Source: Marsupella aquatica
Taxonomy: Eukaryota; Plantae; Marchantiophyta
NCBI GenBank assembly: GCA_973895155.1
Contig: OZ316893.1
Span: forward strand, 248,001-312,000
Direction of reading: 5' to 3'
Length of the DNA stretch: 64,000 bases
Shown: positions 14,362 to 24,334 of the stretch, in pieces
How positions within the stretch are numbered: the first letter of the stretch is position 1
Layout: every line of letters starts with the position of its first letter
Made by a program: the position numbers and the translations under genes
The notes under the pieces: model-generated
What the model was told of the DNA's origin: nothing
What the model saw: only the letters and a program-made list of their open reading frames with translations
Databases searched by the model: none

Positions 14362-15282
14362 TGTGGTGCGTCCCATGGCTCCCTAAACCCAAGAAACCCC
14401 CCAGCTCAAGCCGATTCCCGCAGGTTTCGTGCTTGGCGAGGCCGTTTCCGCGGCTTAGCGGCATGGGACGCTGCTAACCTTCTACTACTACTATTAACAT
14501 TTTACACACATATACTGGACAGATCCTTCATCGGGTCATGAGATACGTAGCCGGCCTAATATAGGCCTTCCCCTGTCTTCCCCTGTCTTCCCCTCCGTCT
14601 TGTTAGGTATGTTTGGATTCCGCCGCCAGAATGATCCCCAATAGGCTTGGTTAAGCCGCTAAGACCTCTCTCAGCTCGACACATCCAACTCTCACTCCCT
14701 TGCTTACTTTCCTTCCTTCTGTTGATGTGGGCACTCTTCACACAAGTTAATGCGACACACAAATAGCAAAATGACTCATTCTGACTGAGTCATACCATGC
14801 ACTTGCCATACAAACAGTACATCTCATACACAAGTTCTGCGAACTAAGCCGTGAGGCCAACTCTATTCAGCTCTTAGGCATGAGGAAACATGAATATACA
14901 CAAGGGTCACTGTATGACTAACCGAGAGCTTCTCGTACTACTTGATCCCAGCCCGGCTGGTGCAAACTAAAAACTTGCTAAAGAAGAGGCCCTGAGCTCC
15001 CCGCTGCCCAGGTACTTATCCTGGTAGTGGATCCGCCATTCTTTGCATCGTAAGCCTAATCTACCTGATAGTAATCTACTTGCCCGAATCTACCTATGTA
15101 CAGCAAGGCAGGAGCACAAGTGTTGCTCCTACCAGTGGAACCGCAATCCCACTAAGCTAAGTGTCAGGGCCGCTCCTGGTTCTAATCCTAATCCTAAACG
15201 TGGAGATCCGCGCCCGCCCTGCCCACTCACGCCTCCTCCCTCCACGTCCGCCCTCCCTAAAAGGAACGGCGCCCTTGCACCG

Positions 15283-18200
15283 TCACGACACCGGTGGTGG
15301 ATCCTCAATGGACGTCCCCAACACTTCCTCCTCAGCCACTGCCGTTGGCCCGCCTACTGACAGATTACCTGCCCTTGACCGAGTCAACTCTCCCTCGGCC
15401 TGACTGGGTCCACCTTCGGCTTCAGCCTCGACACTGGCCTCGGCAATACCCACGGCTTCGGCCTCAGCCACTCCCACGGCTTCGGCTTCAGCCACTCCCT
15501 CGGCTTCGGCCTCCCCTTCCCCTAGGGTAGTTGGATCCTTAGCCGTGACCCTGTCTGGGGTCGGTGCTGGGTCTACCTCCTTGATCACCACGGCCTGTGA
15601 AGTTGTATTACTCCTTGACCCTGAAGGTTTCCGCTTCTTCTTCGTTGGTGGCTCGGCAGCTGGTCCCTTCCCCTTCCCACTTACTTCCGGCACTGGTGCA
15701 GGTGGCGCGGCTTGTCCTTCGGCAATTACCACCCCTGGTAACTGGTTTGTCCCAACGGGAGATGGACCTGCTGCAGCTAAGCATTTAAATACTGCGGCTT
15801 GTTTCTTCAGCCGCTCTGTTTGGTTGTCGGCCCGCCGCTGTAGGTTCTCCATCTTCCTCGTGATTTCCTCCAACTCCTCTTGGGTTTCATCCAGGTCCTT
15901 ACGTGCCCCCTCCAGCTCGTTTTTGGCCTCCTCCTGCTCCCTGTGGGCTTCCTCCAATTCCTTCTTCAAGGTAGCCCTCTCCTCCCGGGTTGCTCTTAGC
16001 TCCTTGTCGAGCTCTGCAATGATGACAGACTCCATCTGGTTCATCTTGGCGTAAGTCTGTTCGAGCATCTCGTCCTTCTCCCTTAGGTCGGCCTTGAAGC
16101 TGGCCGTCAGGGACGCAAGCTCCTGCTGCAGCGCCATAATCCCTTGATAGGATTTCCCTAACTCGGCCTCCTTCTGCTCAAGGGCTCCACGGATTTTCTC
16201 GAGCTCCCCTTTCAACGCCCATTCCTTTCTTTGGGTCTCCGCCATGGCCTGGCTGTTGGCTGTTATGTGGGCCTCCTCTGTATTCTTCAGCTCTTGCTTC
16301 CACTTCTCCCTCTCTTTGATCGTGTCGGCCAACTCTTCCTGCGTCTGAGTCAGTTTATCCTTGATATTCTGATTATCAGCCTGCGCGGTGTCCAACTGCC
16401 CCTGCATGATGTTCAGCTCATGTCGTTTAATCCGCAGTTCATCTTGGGCTTTCTTGGCCGCCCTTAGATCTTCAATCTCGGCTTCCATCCTCCTAAGCCG
16501 CCGAATGACCTCGTCCTTCTTGCTTCTCTCTAAAGCCACCGCTTCTTCTAATTGGTTCTTCTCCAACTGCTCCCTATGGAAAAAGGGTCCTACCTCCAAC
16601 TCCTCTCCAAAGATGCCGAGCGCAAGTTCCCCACACATCTCACCATACTCCATGGCTCTATTCTTAGCGTAGGTGGAGTAAGTAGAAGTGATCGGCATCG
16701 CCCATCGTGGACTCTGCTCCCAAGCCGTCCTGCGGATCTCTTCAATCGTGGCTAGAGGTTTGCTTCCTTTTTCGGCTAGCCGCCTGATGTCCTCCGGCCA
16801 ATCCCCTCCTGGTAAATCCTTTTCCTTAGCCAGGGCGGCCTCCTCCTCCTGCTTGATTCGCTCCTGAAATTCCTGCACCGTCTGTTTTATGCCGTCGAAG
16901 CTCGGGGGAGCAACATCTGGTGGGGGAGACTCAGGGCTACTCTGCTGGTTGGGGTCCCCTCGCACTACCCTTGGAAGTGTGGGGACAAACCGGCCACAGG
17001 TCCTTACTCCTGGAACGTGATGGTCCGACCCATAGCCGGAATTATCATGGCTGCAGTCCTCCACTGCCTCCTCTACCTCTTGGACGTCCGGCTTCTCCCT
17101 CTCCTCTTCGTCGGTAGGAGCTTCAGGCAATTCTGCCTCAGATTCGGAGCTTGAGGTTCCCACGTACATTCGAACACTTGGCTTGGATTCCGGCCTGATT
17201 CTCTCCTTGTCTCCAGCAAAGGGGTTTTCTCTTGTGAGCCGGTGTAGGCCTACCTCTGTAGTAGTGTCCTGCATTGTTGCCGTTGCCGTTGTTGTTGCCG
17301 ATGCCGATTTCTTTTCTTTCTCCAGTAGTTTCAGCAGACTCTGCATGCCTGGTTGCTGCATCGGCAAGTCCTCCTTCCTGGGCCTAAACACCTGCTCGAT
17401 CGTAGGACTAACAGGTGGTTGAGGCTTCTCAGCCAACGGCCTCGGCGTTGGAGCTTCCTCGGGTGCCCTTACCTGTAGGGGAAGTACCGGGGCAAAAGTC
17501 TGACCTCTGGCATACCGGCACAACAGCGGCATGTGATAGCCAAGCCGCAACACGCTCCCCATGCCGATTACCTGCTGCTCCTCCTTTAAGATCTTCTTCA
17601 ATTGGTTGAGGAGGTACCCGTTGTAGTCCCGGCTTGGGTCTGGCCTTTCTGCCAGATAGACCTGTGCCTTGCCGATCTCTACCCTCGGCAAGTTACAATG
17701 CATGGTCACCCGCAAGAAGTCGATCATCTCTCCTATGTGCGGGTTGGTGCAGGTGTTCCGGAAGAAGCCATTCTTCGTTGATGGCCCGGGGAACGACCGG
17801 AACTCCTTGTCAGGCAAGGTCTTCCTGGTATCAACTTTGGTCTTATTGCCTATCGGCAGGCCAAACACTTCGGCAATTACCTTGGGAGTAAGATAGAAAT
17901 CCTTCCCATATATCCTCGTGCAATTGGTCTCGGGTTCCCATGACCCCACAAATTCTAATAGGTCTGACTCCGGTACCTCCGGCTTCAGCCATGGTAATCT
18001 TACAAAGGCCTCCAAGCCGGATCCAGCCATGAAGCCTTGGTACTTCTTGGTCTGCATGGCCGTAAAGCATGCATCCTCCTCCCGTGCAAAATGTAGTTGC
18101 ACCTCCACCGGTAGGGTTGCCGCCCAGCCCTTCCAGGTGTCATCCCTGGTTGGAATGGCCTTGATGGGATCGACCTCCTCCTCTTCGGCTTCTCCCTGTC

Positions 18201-18648
18201 TCCTGCTCTGCTGCTCGGCTGGCTTCTTTGGTGCCGCCGACCTCGTTCTTTTTGCCGGGGTGGCTTCATCGTTGACGGCTCCCTTCCTCTTCATCTCTGC
18301 TGCCGTGGAGGTTTCTCCTAGCACCGTTGCCTGGGTCCACCTTTCCGTGCTACCCTTTAATTCCCGGTGTATGTCGTTGCAGTTCTTGATGGCCTCTCGG
18401 ATGCCGACGACGCTGTCTTTGCAAAATAGAAGATCGTCGAGTTGATTGGAAGTAGGCGTCCACAGGAACTCGTCCTTGATGAGTTCGCCTCCTAAGAAAG
18501 CCGTCTTCTGCAGCTCCCACAATCGAGCGAGCTCCTGCTGTTCTCGAGCTGCCCTTTCTGATTCCTCGTCCTCGTAAGTCTTGATGTACTCAGTTGCCCG
18601 TTCGAACAGGCATCCCCAGAAATGTGCCGCTTGATTGACGTTGCTCAT
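15283..18648 (-). CDS. 1121-aa LTR-encoded protein: conserved N-terminus, plant-transposon-protein/PMD-like domain, acidic linker, long coiled coil, basic NLS-like tail
   Basis: Uninterrupted ATG-to-stop ORF. Motif GLEAFVRLPW..EFVGSW..IYGKDFYLTPKVIAEVFGLP is shared with four other ORFs in the window. Heptad repeats and KKKRKP are present. Confidence 0.85.
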   Translation of the reverse strand: MSNVNQAAHFWGCLFERATEYIKTYEDEESERAAREQQELARLWELQKTAFLGGELIKDEFLWTPTSNQLDDLLFCKDSVVGIREAIKNCNDIHRELKGSTERWTQATVLGETSTAAEMKRKGAVNDEATPAKRTRSAAPKKPAEQQSRRQGEAEEEEVDPIKAIPTRDDTWKGWAATLPVEVQLHFAREEDACFTAMQTKKYQGFMAGSGLEAFVRLPWLKPEVPESDLLEFVGSWEPETNCTRIYGKDFYLTPKVIAEVFGLPIGNKTKVDTRKTLPDKEFRSFPGPSTKNGFFRNTCTNPHIGEMIDFLRVTMHCNLPRVEIGKAQVYLAERPDPSRDYNGYLLNQLKKILKEEQQVIGMGSVLRLGYHMPLLCRYARGQTFAPVLPLQVRAPEEAPTPRPLAEKPQPPVSPTIEQVFRPRKEDLPMQQPGMQSLLKLLEKEKKSASATTTATATMQDTTTEVGLHRLTRENPFAGDKERIRPESKPSVRMYVGTSSSESEAELPEAPTDEEEREKPDVQEVEEAVEDCSHDNSGYGSDHHVPGVRTCGRFVPTLPRVVRGDPNQQSSPESPPPDVAPPSFDGIKQTVQEFQERIKQEEEAALAKEKDLPGGDWPEDIRRLAEKGSKPLATIEEIRRTAWEQSPRWAMPITSTYSTYAKNRAMEYGEMCGELALGIFGEELEVGPFFHREQLEKNQLEEAVALERSKKDEVIRRLRRMEAEIEDLRAAKKAQDELRIKRHELNIMQGQLDTAQADNQNIKDKLTQTQEELADTIKEREKWKQELKNTEEAHITANSQAMAETQRKEWALKGELEKIRGALEQKEAELGKSYQGIMALQQELASLTASFKADLREKDEMLEQTYAKMNQMESVIIAELDKELRATREERATLKKELEEAHREQEEAKNELEGARKDLDETQEELEEITRKMENLQRRADNQTERLKKQAAVFKCLAAAGPSPVGTNQLPGVVIAEGQAAPPAPVPEVSGKGKGPAAEPPTKKKRKPSGSRSNTTSQAVVIKEVDPAPTPDRVTAKDPTTLGEGEAEAEGVAEAEAVGVAEAEAVGIAEASVEAEAEGGPSQAEGELTRSRAGNLSVGGPTAVAEEEVLGTSIEDPPPVS

Positions 18649-18921
18649 ACCCTCCTTAGGTTGATCGTCGGTATCTACTCTCTCCCCGAGTGCTTGCCTA
18701 AGCAGCTGACAGTAGTTGGCCTCCCGTAGTCGTCTGCCTAGTTCGTGCTCGCAAATGAGCCACTATCTCCTGCAAGCGCTCCTTACCCCTCTCCTTTGCC
18801 GGTCCTTCTTCCCGTTGATCCTTCCTAGCCGCCGACGCTTAACGCGCCCTAACCCTAATCGGGTTTTCACCCTTAGCCTTACCTCCGGCCTCGGCCCGGG
18901 TTCCATGGTTGCCCCTAATTG

Positions 18922-18927
18922 TTTATA
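18922..18927 (-). promoter_or_regulatory. TATA box of LTR copy 3
   Basis: TATAAA on the minus strand, about 95 bp from the LTR 5' end and about 275 bp upstream of the ORF ATG. Confidence 0.5.
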
Positions 18928-19026
18928 TTTTCCTTGTTTTGTCACTATACTAAGGTGTTCCTAGGGTGCCTTCCTGCTTTACCCACTTAACCGGCCGAGT
19001 GATTCCTGTCTAGGCATCACAATGGT

Positions 19027-19968
19027 CACCCGCAAGAAGTCGATCATCTCTCCTATGTGCGGGTTGGTGCAGGTGTTCCGGAAGAAGCCATTCTTCGTTG
19101 ATGGCCCGGGGAACGACCGGAACTCCTTGTCAGGCAAGATCTTCCTGGTATCAACTTTGGTCTTATTACCTATCAGCAAGCCAAACACTTCGGCAATCAC
19201 CTTGGGAGTAAGATAGAAATCCTTCCCATATATCCTCGTGGAATTGTTCTCGGGTTCCCATGACCCCACGAATTCTAATAGGTCTGAATCCGGTACCTCC
19301 GGCTTCAGCCATGGTAATCTTACAAAGGCCTCTAAACCGGATCCGGCCATGAAGCCTTGGTACTTCTTGGTCTGCATGGCCGTAAAGCATGCATCCTCCT
19401 CCCGTGCAAAATGTAGTTGCACCTCCGCTGGTAGGGTTGCCGCCCAGCCCTTCCAGGTGTCATCCCTGGTTGGAATGGCATTGATGGGATCGTCCTCCTC
19501 CTCTTCGGCTTCTCCCTGCCTCCTGCTCTGTTGCTCGGCTGGCTTCCTTGGTGCCGCCGACCTCGTTCCTTTTGCCGGGGTGGCTTCATCGTTGACGGCT
19601 CCCTTCCTCTTCATCTCTGCTGCCGTGGAGGTTTCTCCTAGCACTGTTGCCGGGGTCCACCTTTCCGTGCTACCCTTCAATTCCCAGTGTATGTCGTTGC
19701 AGTTCTTGATGGCCTCTCGAATGCCGATGATTCTGTCTTCACAAAACAGAAGATCATCGAGCTGATTGGAAGTAGGAGTCCACAAGAACTCGGCGTTGAT
19801 GATTTTGCCTCCTAAGAAAGCCATCTTCTGCAGCTCCCACAATCGAGCGAGCTCCTGTCGTTCTTGAGCTGCCCTTTCTGATTCTTCGTCCTCGTAAGTC
19901 TTGATGTACTCAGTTGCCCGTTCAAATAGATATCCCCAGAAATGTGCCGCTTGATTGACGTTGCTCAT
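19027..19968 (-). pseudogene. LTR-encoded protein copy 2, N-terminal part
   Basis: MSNVNQAAHFWG... is near-identical to the first about 315 aa of the 1121-aa ORF. Broken by the copy 3 insertion. Confidence 0.92.
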
Positions 19969-19992
19969 ACCCTCCTTGAGTCGATTGTTGGT

Positions 19993-22910
19993 TATAAATC
20001 AGGAAATTAAAAAGTACAAAATTTAAAAATTTCCAACTTTTAGTGGTTCACGACGTATACTTTGACCGGAAAAGACCATAACAAACTATTTTGCAGTATC
20101 GAATCCGGAAATATCCGAATAGCACCTTTTTTGTGGAACTCTTAAGTAACGACACCGTTGAGCCATGCGAGTAGGCGTGGGAGAATGAATATTAAAACCA
20201 TAAGTCTGACATCCGACCGGAGACCGAAAGTTGGCAATCGAGTTCGTAAGATCGCGCCAGACCGAGCATTCCTCACACAACCGAACTGCTGCAGAAATCT
20301 TTTGCAAGGAATCATAGGAGAGCTTAGAGCCGGACGAGGCTGCCATTTCGAGGCAATAGTTGAAAGGAAGTTGGTTACGGGGGAAGTGAGTGATCGTTCG
20401 ATTGAGAGGGGAAGTTTGTGACTTGATTGAGATTTCCGGATTTGGGAATTCCGGATTGGGAATTCCAGAATTCCCAAATTCCCAAATTTCGGATTTTAAT
20501 TTGGATTCTTTCTCTCCATCTCCTCATCATGGTAAAGAGAAAGGACCCGGATTTTTCCCCGGACAAATCCGGAATCCGGACGCTACCAAAGCGGACGACC
20601 AAGGAGCGGACAGTCGTTGTGAACGAAAAGCCATTGCGACCGGAAATTCCCACGGATTTGGCAAGGAAGGACCGCTTGCAAGGGAACCTTGAGACCATGG
20701 GTTGTGCGAAGTTGATGGAGTTGCCATAGGGATACCAGAGTGCAATATTCGTGAAGGAGGTCCGAAATCGTACGACCCTTGTTTTGGAATTTCCGGATTC
20801 TATTCGACCCAAACTGGAAAAGTGGACTGCGGCAGTTATCTCTTCACTCTTGGATGTGCCTTTGAAGGGAGAAGGCTTCCTGACCTCCAAGAATGCCTTT
20901 GCGGATAACTATTTTGATGGTGAAGTGGATCCGAAGGACGGTTGGAAGGTGTCCCAGTGCTGTAATGAGGAGTTTTACGACGTCCTGTCCTTTTTGCTTC
21001 CACTTCTTTCCCCTGCCAAGCCTCGAAGAGTTACAATCCGGATTGGAAATACTATTGCTGCTTCTTACATAGGGGAGAAGAAGATTTCCTGGGCCAAAGT
21101 TTTGGAGGAAGTCATAGCCAACCAGGTCCGGAATCTTCATTTGAAGACTCCCACATCCCTCTCTTGCTATCTAGCCAATCTTTACGCGATGGACCGGATT
21201 CTTACAGATGAAGAAGCGGAGGAGTATGAGAATCAAACCATGTTGGCCCAACTCGGAGATCCGGATCGACAGCCATCTGAAGGGACTGAGTCTGAAGAAG
21301 AACCGGTTGTGGAAGTGCGACCTTCCAGGATGCAGAAGAAATTTGTGCAGAGTGCGGAACCGGATCCTGTTGATGTTCCGGAACCTGTCCGGAGACCGGA
21401 AAGTAGAGGAAGTCTTCCGGGTGTGACCCCTAGTTCAAAGTGGACGGCATCAGCAGAGTTGGAGCATGTCCAGATTTTCTTGGAGAGTGCGGCCGGAAAG
21501 ACGAAACAACTTGAGGACCTTGTTGGGACGGTTGCTGAGATGCTCAACTACAGCCCGGTTGTCATCATTTCCACCCTGGACATGGTGATCAAGAGTCAGG
21601 CTAAGAAGCGGATCTGGGACTTGGAGGATCAGGCCTTCAAGGACAGACAGAAGATTGACTCTTTGGTGGACCAGTTGGATGCTGCACAGAAGAAGTTGGA
21701 GGAACACCTGAAGATCCGAAAACTACTGAATGCTGCAGTTACCAGTGTTCAAGAAGCACTTCATGTACCAGCCCTGAGCTTGTTGGAAGCTAACCTGATA
21801 GATAAGTATTTAGTGACAGCCAACCCAGGCAGCCTTGTTAAGGTTATTGAGTGCAGATGGAAAAAGTGATTTTGGATGCGAAGTCCATGTTGACTCCTTC
21901 CAGAATCTGGATTCCGGACTCCGGAACGTCTCCGGTGTTGCGAGAGGAAAATGAAGCAGGAGGCACTCCACCCGGATTTGAGAAGGTTGAGTTCCGTTTT
22001 CCGTCAATATCACCTCCGACTATCATTCCGACACGTGGAACACCTTTTGATTTGAAGGACTTGGAGACTACTGCAAGTTTAGTTACATCTCCTCCTCTGA
22101 AACCTGCTAGTCTAGTTGATCTTACACATGAGTCAGTTAGAGTAGATGTAGTTGATGATGCTCAGTAGATTAGTTATTTTAGTTAGCTAGTTAGCATTTT
22201 CGGATCCGACTAGGATCTAAATCCGAATTTAGTAGTAGAACCGGAAATCAAAATCCGGAGTTTGCCTTACATCCATTTCCGGATTTCCCTTGTTCTCATT
22301 TCCGGATTTTGATTGACAGTTACTTTTTCTTCCGTGAAAACCGGAAATGACACTTTGTGACAGTTCCAGTAGTCGAAATGGAATGTTTCCTTTCCCATGA
22401 GTAATTATCTAAATTTGATTGAGAAGATATCAATTTGACAATCTAGAAATCTTTGTGTGAGAAGATACCAATTCAAGCATTCTAGTACCGTCATCATTTG
22501 TTGACCAGAAAGAATTCTTGGTTTGATAGCTAGATCTCCATGTCAATTTCTAGTTAATGTTTGATGTCTATTCTAATTCGACCATGTTATGAGCTCTATT
22601 GCGTTCTGAATCTTAAAAATCCAGAATCCTGTTGATTTGCTGGGGATCGTCATTTTCCATCATCTTTTCTCATGAGTCAATTGATAAGACATTCTTACTA
22701 GTTCTTTTCCATGCCTTTCTTTAATTATTAGTTTTTGTGCATTGATTACTATCAATCCTCAGGAGAGAGAACTCCTTGGTGAGGTTATACCAAATCAACA
22801 TCTTATTTGCTCTTTTTAGTACCAATTCGCTTTTCATTCACTCTTACATGGAACGAATTCAGGTCTTTAGAGGTTAAAGTGTTCTTTAACAATCTGACCA
22901 CTCTACCACA
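19993..22910 (+). mobile_element. Third type of ORF-containing LTR-like segment (element D)
   Basis: Sharp junctions with copy 2 on the left and copia integrase on the right. Ends ...CTACCACA like family A (...GCACCACA) and contains a related ORF. Flanks do not form a TSD. Confidence 0.55.
20529..22168 (+). pseudogene. Distant homologue of the LTR-encoded protein
   Basis: MVKRKDP..LETMGCAKLMELP* (TAG where W is expected, 20727) continues in frame into 20751-21869 (KDGWKVSQC..DVLSFL..ISWAKVL, coiled coil). Frameshift into 21851-22168. Confidence 0.65.
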
Positions 22911-24334
22911 TGCTGCTTCCCAAGCACACAATGCTCACAGAATTTTAACTTACAAGATTGCAAATTAGAAAGTAATCCTTTCTTTTGAAGAATAACCAAA
23001 CTTTTTGCACTCATGTGGCCCAAACGGAAGTGCCAAAGCCGGACCGTCTTCTCATGAGATAAGGTTATATTGGCTTCATCACAGACTACACTGTCCTCCA
23101 AAATGTATAGATTGTTATGTCTCTTTCCCTTCAATACAACCTTAGTACCAGTTGAAATTTGAAGGACACCATTAGCAGAACTCCACTGATGGCCATTTGC
23201 TTCTAAAACTCCAAGTGAAATGAGATTTTTCATTATGCTGGGAATATGTCTCACATTCCTCAACGTTCTCACAGCACCATCAAACATCTGAAATCTAATA
23301 GATCCAAGTCCAACTACTTGACATGGGATTCCATTTCCCATCAACACTGACCCGTTGGAAACTGTGTAAGAACTGAAAAAATCTTTCCTAGAGCAAATGT
23401 GAAAAGTACATACACTATCTAGAATCCAGTCATCACTACCTGGATTTGACACTACGTTGAGAGCTTAACCTTGGCATCATAATATGTCATCATCATCGAG
23501 TAAATCTACCTCATGCGAGCTCGATGTCGCGTTACCAGATGCAATAGGGACCTTTACTCGACAATCCCTTTTCATGTGGCCAGGCTTGCCACAATTCCAA
23601 CATGCAAGAGGCTTTTTCTCTTGCGATTTCCCTCTGGATTTAGATCTCCCCCGTGATGTAGATCTAAACCTGTTCTGCCCATTCGTGCGCTGCGCTACTC
23701 TTCCCCTGTTCATGTTTAGCCCAGTGCCAGAAGAAGATGCTGTCTGTGATTGACCCAGCTTCTTCTGAGCATCATCAGACAGTAAAGAGCTCACCACCTC
23801 ATTACACAAAATAGACTTCAGATCTCTGTACAAGAGCACCTATTTCAAGCCCTGATATGACGACGGTAAGGAGCTTAGCAAAAGCAAGGCCTTATCCTCA
23901 TCTTCAACTCCTTTTCCCAGGTTTGACAGATCCACCACTAGACTGTCAAGCTCATCCAGGTGATCCTGCATCTTGCTCCCTTCCTTGAGCCTGAGGCTCA
24001 TCAAGAGAGACTTCTTGTACAGCCGGTCTGACGCATCTTCCCGGTAGTACTTCTCTCTAAGAGCTTTGAACAGTGACGCGCAATCCGCATAATCATCCAA
24101 CTGCTTGATGATGTGCAGCTTGAGATAAAGCATCACTGCATTGACAGCAATCACCTGCTCCTGTCTCCACTGCTTCTCTAAGATCTCCTCTCCATCATAC
24201 TGCTCTCGTGAAGATAGTAGATGAGCTAAGCCCATGGCCCGAAGGACACCCTTCACTTGCTTCTCCCATAGCAAGTAATCAGTACGACCATCGTACTTCT
24301 CTACCTCAAACTTCACTCCTCCAAATCTTACCAT
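22911..24334 (-). pseudogene. copia gag-pol fragment (gag, CCHC knuckle, aspartic protease, integrase HHCC)
   Basis: KFEVEKYDGRTDYLLW; CWNCGKPGHMKRDC; WILDSVCTFHIC; LWHFRLGHMS..CEHCVLGKQH. Stops at 23840 and 23477. Confidence 0.93.

Larger units (their letters stand above)
14362..19021 (-). mobile_element. Complete 4660-bp solo-LTR-like unit, family A copy 3
   Basis: Termini TGTGGTGC...GCATCACA (7/8 inverted match) and perfect 5-bp TSD ATGGT at 14357-14361 and 19022-19026. No gag/pol inside. Confidence 0.93.
11044..19992 (-). mobile_element. Giant coding LTR family A, copy 2 (11044-14361 plus 19022-19992), split by copy 3 and truncated at 19992
   Basis: Same terminus at 11044. Removing 14362-19026 restores ...caatgcatggtcacccgc..., identical to 17696-17713 of copy 3. 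Confidence 0.92.

Noticed and set aside
14770-14900. Hammerhead ribozyme (retrozyme) in the LTR
   Set aside because: ctgactgag does not fit the CUGANGA core and the required stems around GAAA were not found.
14362-19021. Cut-and-paste DNA transposon or DIRS-type interpretation of the 4.66-kb unit
   Set aside because: No DDE or tyrosine-recombinase motifs were recognised, the inverted ends are only 8 bp, and the related unit at 58997 is followed by a PBS and gag.
7849-19026. ORF ends crossing insertion junctions (8511-8625, 11044-11146, 14362-14376, 18979-19021)
   Set aside because: Chimeric read-through into LTR termini, not real coding sequence.
9973-19765. Many plus-strand ORFs of 60-182 aa overlapping the LTR ORFs
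   Set aside because: They are Ser/Phe-rich antisense shadows of a Glu/Lys-rich coding strand.
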